From Bugula neritina (Eukaryota > Animalia > Bryozoa): a DNA stretch of 64,000 nt. Every line of letters begins with the position of its first letter. Positions within the stretch are counted from its first letter, which is position 1. The notes under the pieces are model-generated. The model worked only from the letters and a program-made list of their open reading frames with translations, had not been told where the DNA came from and searched no databases. The position numbers and the translations under genes are program-made. Of the stretch, positions 52,062 through 64,000 are shown piece after piece. The DNA is taken from NCBI GenBank assembly GCA_964035545.1, contig OZ037772.1:682001-746000 (forward strand). Direction: 5' to 3'.

Positions 52062-53324
52062 GTTACTCAGGAATGACTTCCCTATATTTACAAGAATCAG
52101 ATGTCGAGAGCCAGCATTGCCTCAGTTGACAAAAAGATGGGAGACGCCCACGGTTCTACCGTCAACGCTAAAGGTGCCATGAAAAATATGAAGGAACATA
52201 CCCTCAACATGTAGACATTGCATCACGAGTCTGAGCTAATGTCAAGGTTAAACTCTGTTTCCTGTTGATGAACTTCCTTCTTGAATATCAGCTGTACCTT
52301 TATCATGTATGATTAGGAAAATAGTTTGGATACAAATGTCACAATTTACCCTTTATTGTTTACGTGCTTTTGAAAATCCTGTTTGGTAATTTTTTATGTT
52401 GCTATGATCAATTGTTCAATAATAATAGATAATGATTACTTCTTCTGAAATTCCTTTGGGATGTTGCATGTTGCCTATTTTAAAGAAGAAAGTAAAGCAT
52501 TGTTTATAAATAAACAACGGAAACAGCTCTGGTCTAGGGTAAACACAATGTCAATGATTTGAATCTCTGGTAAACAATAAGACATTTTCATAATGACCAG
52601 AGAAAGCTCTATTTAGCTGTTTATCACTAAACAATAGTTCTATATACTTCAAGTGATCAATTTCATGATCAAAGTTTAGCATAAAGAAAGCTATTGATAA
52701 GTAGTCTATGGGAACGCAAGGAAATAGAATTGATATGAAGAACACGATTAGAGTAGAAAAACAAAACAATAACGATAATTAGTAGTGAATTAACAAACAG
52801 CCATTTTGATTGGGGAGAGGACTGAAAAAACTGCATAACTCTGCTTAGAGTTGTCTTCTTAATTTTGAGCTTGTGGCATGTGTGTATGCTACCTAGCAGC
52901 AGTACTATAATATAAACAAGAAACAATCTCTGTTATATGCCCATCATTGACATCTTTGATGCATCTATTGATTATATTATTAGGTATTAGCAGTTAAATT
53001 AGTTCTTTCAACTCTTTCTAAAATAGTTAGCTCAGCTAACAGACTGGTTTTATAAATTACACTTTGAAATATTTTTTTTTGTAATTCTGTTCTAAGCAAA
53101 TTGTCCTACAGTGGCAAATTCTCAAGCCTACTTTTAACAGTCAGGTGTTGGAGCAGCAAAGTATTTTGGGTTGAATAGTGTATATTAATAACTTTCCTTT
53201 TAATGACTGACAGTCTAGTAGCAATACAAACAATACTTATACAAATTTTTTAGCATTTAGCTGTGTTGTTGGAAAAGTTTTGTAACTATTTGATTTATCT
53301 TGTTGCACACCAAAGCCCAATAGT

Positions 53325-54107
<783 letters not shown>

Positions 54108-54978
54108 TAAGAATAAGAAAGATTACATCAATAAATGTTTAGAAATACTAAATACACCAGAATTTTCAACATATTCCACGGATCCAACAAAAGCTATTGA
54201 AAATCGAATAGCCTACAATTAGAATTACGTAGTATCAAACAACATTTTTCTGACACTGACTACAAAAGGATATATCCAACAGGTTCAGCACCTGGGAAAT
54301 TTTACGGGATGACCAAAATACACAAACTCAAACAAGGAGATGGTATAGAGAAGCTACAAATGCGATCAATAATTTCCAACATAGGTACTGCATCATACCA
54401 ACTTGCGAAATACCTGGCCAAAATGCTAAAACCACTTAGTGAATCTGAAAGTAATATCGAATCAACCGATAGATTTCTTACATATATACGGCAACTTCAT
54501 ATTCCAGCAAACCATCAACTGATATCATTTGATGTTGTTTCCCTCTTTACTTTTGTACCACTTGACTACACAATTTCAGCAATCATAAATGATATTTATG
54601 AGAAACAACGAATCCAAACAACTATACCAAAGAAGAAAATGATAAACTCACTCAACCTTTGTACAAAACAAGTTCACTTTACTTTCAACGACATCATTTA
54701 TACACAGACGGATGGTGTTGCTATGGGATCTCCTCTAGGACCAATAATTGCGAATATATTCATGACAAAACTAGAACAGAAAGTAATACCAAAGTTGAAT
54801 TCAATGTCACCTTGGGTGAGATACATAGATGACACATTTGCAACAATAGACCCTGAGTATATCAACACAACACTCAACACACTTAATAATTTTCATCCTA
54901 ACATAAAATTTACTCACGAACTAGAAACCAATAAATCACCTTCTTTTCTGGATGTTACAGTTTTGCGACACAATAGCT
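54108..54978 (+). mobile_element. Penelope-like family A reverse transcriptase fragment
   Basis: KDYINKC...DPTK...IYPTGSAPGKFYGMTKIHK, SFDVVSLFT, GVAMGSPLGP, RYIDD, HPNIKFTHE, FLDV; frameshift near 54210; truncated by (TA)n. Confidence 0.93.
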
Positions 54979-54996
54979 ATAATATATATATACATG

Positions 54997-55076
<80 letters not shown>

Positions 55077-55839
55077 AATGATTTTTTGGACTTTTCAATC
55101 AGCATATGAAAAACTGTAGTCAAAAAACAAGTGATCAAAAGATTTATTTTATATAAATAAAAAGTGACAAAAAATTTAAACAATTATTGCAAAATAATAC
55201 TTGCATAGACTTGCGTGCCATATTAGTTACAAGTGTAGGCTAAATAACAGAAGAATGTGATATATACCATAACAGTTTATAAAGTAGAATTTGTGAAAAC
55301 AATTTATAGAACAGAATAGTATTATAAGTTCAACAACCCTGCAGCACCTTGAAACACAAAGCGTAAAGGTGCTGTCAGTATACAGAGTTTGTTGATGTAA
55401 TGGTGTTATATCAAAGTTTTAATGCTATATATGGGCTGACAGTCAAGCAGCAACCTACAAATAATTATATATATGCGACCAAACACTACAATCTATACAA
55501 TCTATTCAATTGATTACTGATTGATAATAACAATAAAATTATATATATACAAGCGTTATAATTTCATTGAAAAAAATTGGTAAAACTGCTGTTTAATAAA
55601 CATTATGATTCAACTTTTGATGAATGATTTCGAAAATATTTTTAGAAAGTTTAGATTATTAATTATTATTAACATACACAGAATTGCTTTCAACCTCTTC
55701 AAAAAATCACAAGAGAGACAATTGCTAATACACAAAAAGAAAACAGAAATAATGTTGCTGAAACATAAGTTTATACAATTGTGTTTAAAGTATCTCATAT
55801 TATCATACTTTATTATGACATAATTTAGTATGATAATAT

Positions 55840-56058
55840 GAGAGGCAATAATGGCGCAGGTAATAATATTATGGCACAGGTGATAATGACATGGTAAGAA
55901 GGGCACACAGCGAAAAGTAGGAAAACATGGCACACTTATGTTCAATTTTTCCAAACACCCATTCTCACCCTTATACCCTAATACTGAAAATGTGCCATTC
56001 TTACCTATTTTTCCACTTGTGCCATAATAACCTGTATGTGCCATTTTAACCATAGACA
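55840..56058. mobile_element. MITE-like element with inverted arrays of GGCACA/TGTGCC motifs
   Basis: Four (T/G)GGC(A/G)CA motifs on the left and three TGTGCCA motifs on the right, around a CCCT-rich centre; adjoins the hAT remnant. Confidence 0.5.
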
Positions 56059-56833
56059 CCACCCACAATGCATCAATTGGAAAAGATTTCAAATCAACCT
56101 TTATTGCTGAATTATGAACCAACTCAATGAAATCCTCCTGTAATTCTCCTGGAATCTTTTTGACAAAGCGTTGGAATTCGTCACATGTCAAGCTAAGAAT
56201 CTAGCTCTTTCTTTTTAAGAGATAGCTCAGAAAAATATCGTTAAAGCTCTATTGTGCTCTAGTGTGCAATTTTTACTTATGACATTTTTATTTATTATCG
56301 GAACTTGTTCTCCTATAAAAGTTTATTGAGTGTGTGGAAAAACACCAGAATTCAGAAAAAGGCGCCACCACTTTAGTGTAACTTTAGAAACACTGACGCT
56401 GCTATGAAAAGCAATGATATATGATGATTGCACTCCTGCATGTTTAGGCTCAGATTATTTAGAGTAGCAAATATATTTACAAGGTATATGTAGTATACAG
56501 TTTATAGAGACTGACTTGCATGGCTGCTAAAAGTTGGCCTGTTAGTTCAAGCAGCAAATTTTTTGACCTCCATTTGAAAGTAGCACTGAAAGCAGTTAGG
56601 GTAGAGTAATTAATAAACACATCCATTTCAAAGTAAACTGATATTGCAGAATATAGTTTGGCTAAATAAGGGAGCTAAGATAAAGGTTTACAGAAATATA
56701 CACATATAAATGTAACTTGCAAGAACCCAAAAAGCCTTCATCAAACCTTGTGAATTTTTCAAATTTCAAATTCTCCCCTAAAATGTCGAATATTTCCCCT
56801 TGGAGAAATCTCCTCCCAGGTTGGGAAACTCTG
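56059..56833 (-). mobile_element. Decayed hAT (Buster/Charlie-like) element: terminus plus transposase remnant
   Basis: TIR-like CAGAGTTTCCCAACC at 56833; ELQEDFIELVHNSAIKVDLKSFPIDALWV (about 56150-56059) resembles the start of the hAT C-terminal dimerisation region. Confidence 0.55.
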
Positions 56834-57182
56834 AGCAAGACATGTAAACATGAATATTACCAAGTGCATGCATTGCTAGTTACTAGACTGTTGGGTTACA
56901 ACTTACAATATTTGTAAGCTGAAGAGCTATTAATAGAGATGATGATAATGCAGTATAAATTAGTCAGTCTATTATCATGAGTTAGTCACTGCTAATATTA
57001 TGCTATGCAATGGCTAACAGTCACATAGCAACTTACAAATAATTCTACTATTTATTATGATTATTATGACATCTGTGATGAGGAAATAACATGTGCCTTT
57101 ACATACACATCATATTTTGTGTAAACAAGTGTTTAAATACAGTTGAACATTTGGTGTTCGAAATTTGTTTTTTTTGTTTCAA

Positions 57183-57800
57183 ATGTTAATAAAATACAAA
57201 TCAAAAAAATTTTTTCAATAAATAATAGTAAATTATGCTGAAGAACTAATGTGGACTTGTAGAATAAGTTCGCAAGAGAAGTAACTCCTGATTAACATGA
57301 TTAAACAGTCACAATAATATTCCTGAAAGATTCCTAGAGCCTAAAGTTCATACACTATTGTGATGCAGTAGGTATTCTATAGAGTTGGTATTGATATTGC
57401 AGTACAATTAGGTCATGAGATTTCACCAGGCATCAAGTTTTTACCTCCACTGGTGGAGTAATCTTAGGTTTGTAAATAATGGCCACTGTAAAGTAGCCAT
57501 GTCCAAAAACTCAGTTTTCTAACCATCTCAACTGATGGACATGTGATGTGTGTGACACGAGGAGGTGTAGAAGTAATAAATGGAGACACTCTGGATACTA
57601 TCAGCTCAGTGAAACACACCAACACTACATGGTGGTGGGAGATAATCCAACCTGAAGGGTTGGTGGTTGTCAGCTGGTATAACAGAGCGGAGAATACAGC
57701 TGGTTTTAAGACATTGCATTCCTTGGTGTTGAGTTACTCAATATATACAATGCAAATATTTTGTAGAAAGGTGTCAAATAGTTTTTGAAGCCCTCAACAA
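57183..57800 (+). repeat. Local dispersed repeat unit, copy 1
   Basis: 57190-57468 is highly similar to 61153-61422, and 57732-57800 to 62274-62343. Confidence 0.85.
57524..57702 (+). pseudogene. Approximately 180-bp internal piece of TRIM-like exon 5
   Basis: Aligns to about 5419-5597 (MCVTRGGVEVINGDTLDTISSVKHTNTTWWWEIIQPEG versus MCRTRGGVEVIKRETLDTISSVKQTNTTRWWEIIQPEG); no splice sites included. Confidence 0.9.
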
Positions 57801-58204
57801 TTTTTTTATTTGAAATAAATTTTATAAATGCTTGAAAACAAATGTTAAAAATGTTTCATGAATTTTTATTCGGAATCAATAATTAAAATAAACAAAAATG
57901 ATGTTGACTTTTACAAAAATTTTAGCAGAAGAGGCAACTCCTTATAAACATCTAATTTAATAAATAATAGTACTATAAATACTCATAACTGTACAAAATA
58001 AGTATTGATATAATATCAAATGTAAATTGCCATATATATAATGCTGTATATATTACACGTATATATACATGCATTGCATCAAAACCTATCTATGCATGAT
58101 ACCAATAGTGGCCTTGTAGGTAATTAGGGTAAATAGAGCACCTTTCAAATACTCTTTATGTGGCAGAACATATATGAAAACTCTTCTTCATGACATGATC
58201 GGAA

Positions 58205-58540
58205 GTATTTGTCCAAATATTCAAAGCTAGTTTTGGAGTTATGGCCTTAATTATCCTGTCTAGTATTCTTTTGCTGATGATGCCTATTTCAGTTTTGCTT
58301 GAGTTTATTAGTCTGCACTTAGGGTTATTCATAAAATTAGGCTTGTGGTCTTTTAGTGTTATGTATGCCTCAGTTGTGTTGGTGGTCGTGATTTTGTCAA
58401 TTCGATTTGTAGAGATTTGGCAATATGTTTAGCTTCTAGGTTTATTTCTTGGGGCGTGTTTTGATCAATTTTTTTGTAATCCTTAGTGATGTTGTGCAAT
58501 AGTTCTCTGTAGTTGGTAATTTCCATGTTGTAAAAATTAT
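58205..58540 (-). mobile_element. Penelope-like family B (Naiad-like) inverted RT N-terminal fragment
   Basis: Minus strand encodes NITKDYKK...EINLEAKHIAK and EAYITLKDHKPNFMNNPKCRLINSSKTEIGIISKRILDRI. Confidence 0.8.
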
Positions 58541-58544
58541 TATA

Positions 58545-59335
58545 TTATATATATCAAGCTACAGTTACAACCAAAGATGGCAGCCAACCCCAGACTTACG
58601 TGGGAACATCAGAAACAGAATTCAAAACTAAATTGTATAACCACAAATCAACTTTTAACAACAAAACAAAAAAGAACCATACTGAATTGAGCAAATATAT
58701 CTGGAAACTAAAAGACAAGAACACCCATTTTGACATAACATGGAAAATTATGAAAAAGACCAACTCATACAACAAAGTCACTAAAAGGTGCAACCTCTGC
58801 CTATGGGAAAAATATTTCATAATATACCAGCCCAGCAAATCTTCCCTTAATAACAGAAATGAGATTCTATCCACATGCAGACATGCACGTAAGCACTACC
58901 TGGGCAACATCACATAACAATACTAACAATTCTCAACCATAGTACTACCTATTATAAATTACCCTTTTCATCAAACATCTAGCTTTTATAGTCTAATCTT
59001 TTAGAAAAAGAGCAATTTAATTAATTAATAGATAACACCAAATCCACTACTATGTTTGCATTTCGTTTTACGTTGTGTTTAGCATGATAATTTTCTTTAT
59101 GTAAAAATTTGAATAATCGGTATGCTTCATAGATTTTATTTTATTTATTTTTAGTCTAACACCTGACGAGTGCAGTTTACTGTACGAAACTATATAGTCG
59201 TGTGAGATTTTTTAAATGAAAAAATATATATGTATCGTTAACAATCTGAACACACTACATTATATTAGCTCTGTCACCCGTGATATCGAGCGCTTTACTT
59301 GGCTGGAACTCCAACTAGATTGACAATCAGCATAC
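58545..59335 (+). mobile_element. Penelope-like family B GIY-YIG endonuclease and 3' UTR
   Basis: IYQATV...YVGTSETEFKTKLYNHKSTF...TELSKYIW...CNLCLWEK...LNNRNE..STCRH, stop at 58917; hammerhead in the 3' region; ends at (TA)n. Confidence 0.9.
59155..59207 (+). ncRNA. Type I hammerhead ribozyme (family B)
   Basis: Stem I UCUaACAC/GUGUgAGA, core CUGACGA, stem II GUGCAG(uuua)CUGUAC, GAAA, palindromic stem III ACUAUAUAGU; predicted cleavage after C59199. Confidence 0.92.
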
Positions 59336-60373
<1,038 letters not shown>

Positions 60374-60959
60374 TTAGCTGTATCGTGAGTTTATTAAACA
60401 GCAGATAAAAAAGTGCTCAAATATTTACATGTACAATAGTGAGCCACTGAGACTATCATAAGTTCAGCTCACAATCTAGTTTATGTTCTTGCTATGCTAA
60501 TGTCATGTGGGTGGCATGCGTGTTGCCTACTTGTGATTGTTTAGCCTGGGATTATACTATGACTAATAAGGGCTGTGTCATCTATCAACATCCCATTATA
60601 CAAAGAGCACACATCAAACTATTCACTAGTCTGTCAGCTAGCAGGCCTGTATAGCTGGTAACGTATGCATCAGTATATTCTCATCGCAACGTGTCCACTG
60701 ACTGTAAAAAGTTATGACATTTAAATAATACTTGTCAAGAATAAGATAAAGCTTTCTGTAGGCCTATATAGCAGAGCATATCAAATATATACATATATTT
60801 TTAGACAAGTGGATACTTTGTATGTTTATATCTTCTGCAGGAAGTAGTTAGAAATGATCCAATCAGAGCCTTGTTGTACTGATGTGGGAAGATGACAACT
60901 CCTTATTTATAAAACACCAGTTTAGCAGCTCTTTGTGATGTGACCTATAGTATATGCGA

Positions 60960-61137
60960 TATTATAATATAATATAATACAAATTAATATAATACAATAT
61001 AATTTATGAATGACTAATAATTACAATATAATGTAATATAATATAATATAATACAATATGATACAGTATAAAATAAAATAATATGGCATAATATAATATA
61101 ACATAATATAATACAATACAATATTATATAATATAAT
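60960..61137. repeat. Degenerate (ATAAT)n pentamer repeat
   Basis: Directly visible. Confidence 0.85.
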
Positions 61138-61144
61138 TTATTCT

Positions 61145-62343
61145 TTTGTTTCAATACAAATCAAAATTTTTTTCAACAATTGATAGTAAATTATGCTGAA
61201 GAACTAATGTGGACTTGTAGAATAAATTAGCAAGAGAAGTAACTCCTGATTAACATGATTAAACAGTCACAATAACATTTCTCAAAGATTATAGCCTAAA
61301 GTTCATACACTATTGTGATGCAGTAAGTATTCTATAGAGTTGGTATTGATATCGCAGTACAATTAGGTCATGAGCTTTCACCAGGCATCAAGTTTTTACC
61401 TCCACTGGTGGATTAATCTTAGGGCTGCTACAGTTTATCGAATAATTGCAAACTATTTTGTATATACAATGCAAATTTCTTATAGAAAAGTGTCCAATTT
61501 TTGTTGAAGAAATTACTAAGATTTTTCTTTGAAATAAATGCTATATAATATGTTTAAAAATAAGATTTTAAAATTATTGTATCAGCTTTTATTCATAGTA
61601 AAATAATTAAATGTATATAACTGTATATAACTGTATATCGCTGTTGATGTTTATAAAAGAAGCGAGAGATGCAACTCCCAATAAATATTGAATCCAGAAA
61701 TAATATTGAACAATAAGGACCATAAGCTAAAGAACATACAGCACTGTCAGCTTGTAATAAATAATATAGTATAAGATTACTCAAATGAAAATACTATAAA
61801 GCTACATTTACATACAAAACATATTTATGTAAAAAAGTATTTGAATTACAGTTGAAAAAACTACTCAGTGTTAAAACAACATTTTATTGTAATTAAAGCT
61901 TTATTGTAACATATATACAAAAACTTGTTGTTAGTTACTAAAAAATTACGCTGAAAAAATAATAAAGGAAGTTAGCAGGGGAAGTAACTCCTAATAAACA
62001 TAAATTTACCAAAAAAAGCAATTTGATTGAAAATTTTAGTTTGACATTTACACAACACACCACAGCAGTAAGTAATACTCATTGCTGTATAATCAGATAA
62101 TTTACTTCTGTTACAACTAAAATTTCAATTATGTTACACAATGCTGTTGCTAATTGAGCAATGTTATACAATTTCATGATATCAACGGCACCAGTGAAGT
62201 AGTCGTATCTAAATAAAACATGATAGACACTTTTCACATGTGTCTTTAGAACATTAGCGTTCTTCAGTGTTCAGTTACTCAATATATACAATGCAAATAT
62301 TTTTGTAGAAAGGTGCCAAATATTTTTTGAAGCCCTCAACAAT
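61145..62343 (+). repeat. Local dispersed repeat unit, copies 2 and 3 in tandem
   Basis: Shared landmarks GAAGTAACTCCT, GCAGTA(A/G)GTA and TATATACAATGCAAAT with the copy at 57183-57800. Confidence 0.7.
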
Positions 62344-62760
62344 ATTCTGTGAGGATAGGGTTGTGGGGGACACGGTAAACATATCGGGACAGTCCAACAG
62401 CCTCAGTGAAGACTTGGCCAACCTTCTAGAAAGTTCCAACTGCTCAGACGTCACTCTGACCATCGGACCGCGAAAGTTCAAAGTTCACAAGTCTATCCTC
62501 TCCGTCAGGTCTCTTGTCTTCAATGCTATGTTTGAGCATGAGATGGAGAACAAACAGAATTTAGAATTTAGACAAGATGGTGGCTGACCTTCTCTCGGCA
62601 GCAGATAAGTACGCACTAGAGAAGAGTCCCTGTTTGGTAACCTCTCCATGGACAATGTGTGTGAGGTACCATGGTTCTAGTAGACCTCCACTCGGCTAAA
62701 CAACTCAAAACACACGCTCTGGACTTTGTCAACAGCCACGTCAGAGGCGTCATGGAAACC
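62339..62760 (+). pseudogene. SPOP: Intronless, deleted SPOP/roadkill fragment (MATH end, BTB, BACK)
   Basis: TIFCE..VVGDTVNISGQ, SDVTL...FKVHKSILSVRSLVFNAMFEHEM, LDKMVADLLSAADKYALE, DLHSAKQLKTHALDFVNSH; several internal deletions and frameshifts; no introns. Confidence 0.88.
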
Positions 62761-62919
62761 TGCCATAAAAATGTGAAAAACGTACCCTCAACATGTAGAC
62801 ATTGCATTGCCAATCTGAGTTAATGTCAGAGTTTAGCTCTATTTCCTGATGATGGACTTCCTTCTTGAATATCAATTGTACTGCTATCACAAACACTAGT
62901 TACATTAGTATAAAAAGAT

Positions 62920-63050
62920 CAAATGGCTGGAATTATTGAAAACAAGCTGACGAGAAAAATTACAGCACTTGGAAGTTTAAATTCAAGTAAGTACTATAAT
63001 AAGCGCCTCTACGGCTATGGAAGTAAGCATCTCGCAGCAATTAACTTGTC
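62920..63050 (+). mobile_element. Possible LTR-retrotransposon (Ty1/copia-like) gag N-terminal remnant
   Basis: KL...NYSTWKFKFK...LYGY motif with frameshifts. Confidence 0.45.
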
Positions 63051-63479
63051 AAAAGTAGGAGTTATCTCTGCTCGATGAATGTTTACTTATGGTTTAGATT
63101 GGCAATGTTATTACTGCATAAACAATATAATATGCGGTTCTATGTGTATTGTGTAACAGTTAGCACTCAGGTTACTATTCTGTGAGACAAATTTGGGATT
63201 TGCTCTACCAAAAGAATTGAAACTATAATATATATGTTTTGTATAACATGTTTATCTATTTGATGATAATATTGAAGCAAGCAAAATTACAATAACAAAA
63301 TATTACAAGACATTAACCAAACCAAAACAAAGATTATCCTAGCCATCCTTTGAAATCTTGCTGTGTAATACTAGCAAACATAAATTGATAAGTCTGACAA
63401 TCGAGATAGATAAGTTATGCAAATTAAATACATAAGAGAATTGCAGTTAGAACATCAATATTAAAATATTTCCTTCAAC

Positions 63480-63790
63480 GGAAATTTTTGTAGCCTTAAA
63501 ATAAATTCTCCAATTCAAATATTTCTCAAATATAAAATTGTGCAGCTTCAGAAATCCAAATATTTTCTCCAATATAATTTGTGAAGACTAGAAACAAATT
63601 TCTCAATTCAAATATAAATTTGTGCAGCTTTAATATAAAATTTCTAATTCAAATATTTTCTTCAAATAAACTTATGCTGTTTCAAAATCAATAAATCAAA
63701 TCAACAATTTTTCTTTAAATAATTTATGCCGCTTAAAAATTAATAGATCAATTCAAACAAAATTTCCTCAAACAAGTTTTTGCTGCTTCT
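63480..63790. repeat. Degenerate tandem repeat of about 45-50 bp
   Basis: Recurring AATTTGTGCAGCTT...AATTCAAATATTT units. Confidence 0.65.
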
Positions 63791-64000
63791 AAAGAAAACT
63801 AATACACTTGTTAGTCTAAATAACAAAAGAGGTTAAGAATATCCTTAACATAAAATTGTAACATTACTTACTGCAGCCAGTCTATATTATCGATATTTGT
63901 ATCAATTAGTCGGTTTTCTAGACGTCCCCCCCCTAATATAATTATTACTGCTGCTATATCTTCTATGCTCCAATCGTCTTTAGCTGCTTTTATCTTCTTG

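Noticed and set aside
55610-56191. 193-aa ORF as a real gene
   Set aside because: It is a chance read-through of a hAT remnant, a MITE and AT-rich DNA.
58918-59335. SECIS element or selenocysteine recoding in the Naiad-like element
   Set aside because: The endonuclease Cys positions are TGC codons with no in-frame TGA, and I could not fold a convincing SECIS stem by eye; a SECIS search tool would settle it.

Overview
AT-rich, intron-containing animal (invertebrate-type) genomic DNA, read by eye, so boundaries may be off by a few bases. Only one host gene looks intact: a 5'-partial B-box/coiled-coil/beta-propeller TRIM-like gene (2457-7152, +). Most of the remainder is a mosaic of decayed fragments of unrelated genes. 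These are an inverted paralogous TRIM last exon, a 3'-truncated and internally deleted valyl-tRNA synthetase, Cys-rich exons, the 3' part of a fibrillar collagen, a PACT-like coiled-coil gene, the CLASP C-terminus and an intronless SPOP piece. Many minisatellites lie between them. Mobile DNA includes a young full-length Ty3/Gypsy element (26208-33778, -; 272-bp LTRs, ATAC TSD, tRNA-Leu PBS), two Penelope-like families with three hammerhead ribozymes beside (TA)n tracts, CAC...GTG and hAT non-autonomous elements, and LINE, SINE and copia remnants. The most unusual signals are three. The Gypsy element has an extra intact 362-aa C2H2 zinc-finger/coiled-coil ORF where env would sit, while its Gag zinc knuckle has lost all three cysteines. 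A phase-compatible ValRS::TRIM chimeric transcription unit is possible. Exon-sized gene pieces are captured inside copies of one local repeat.
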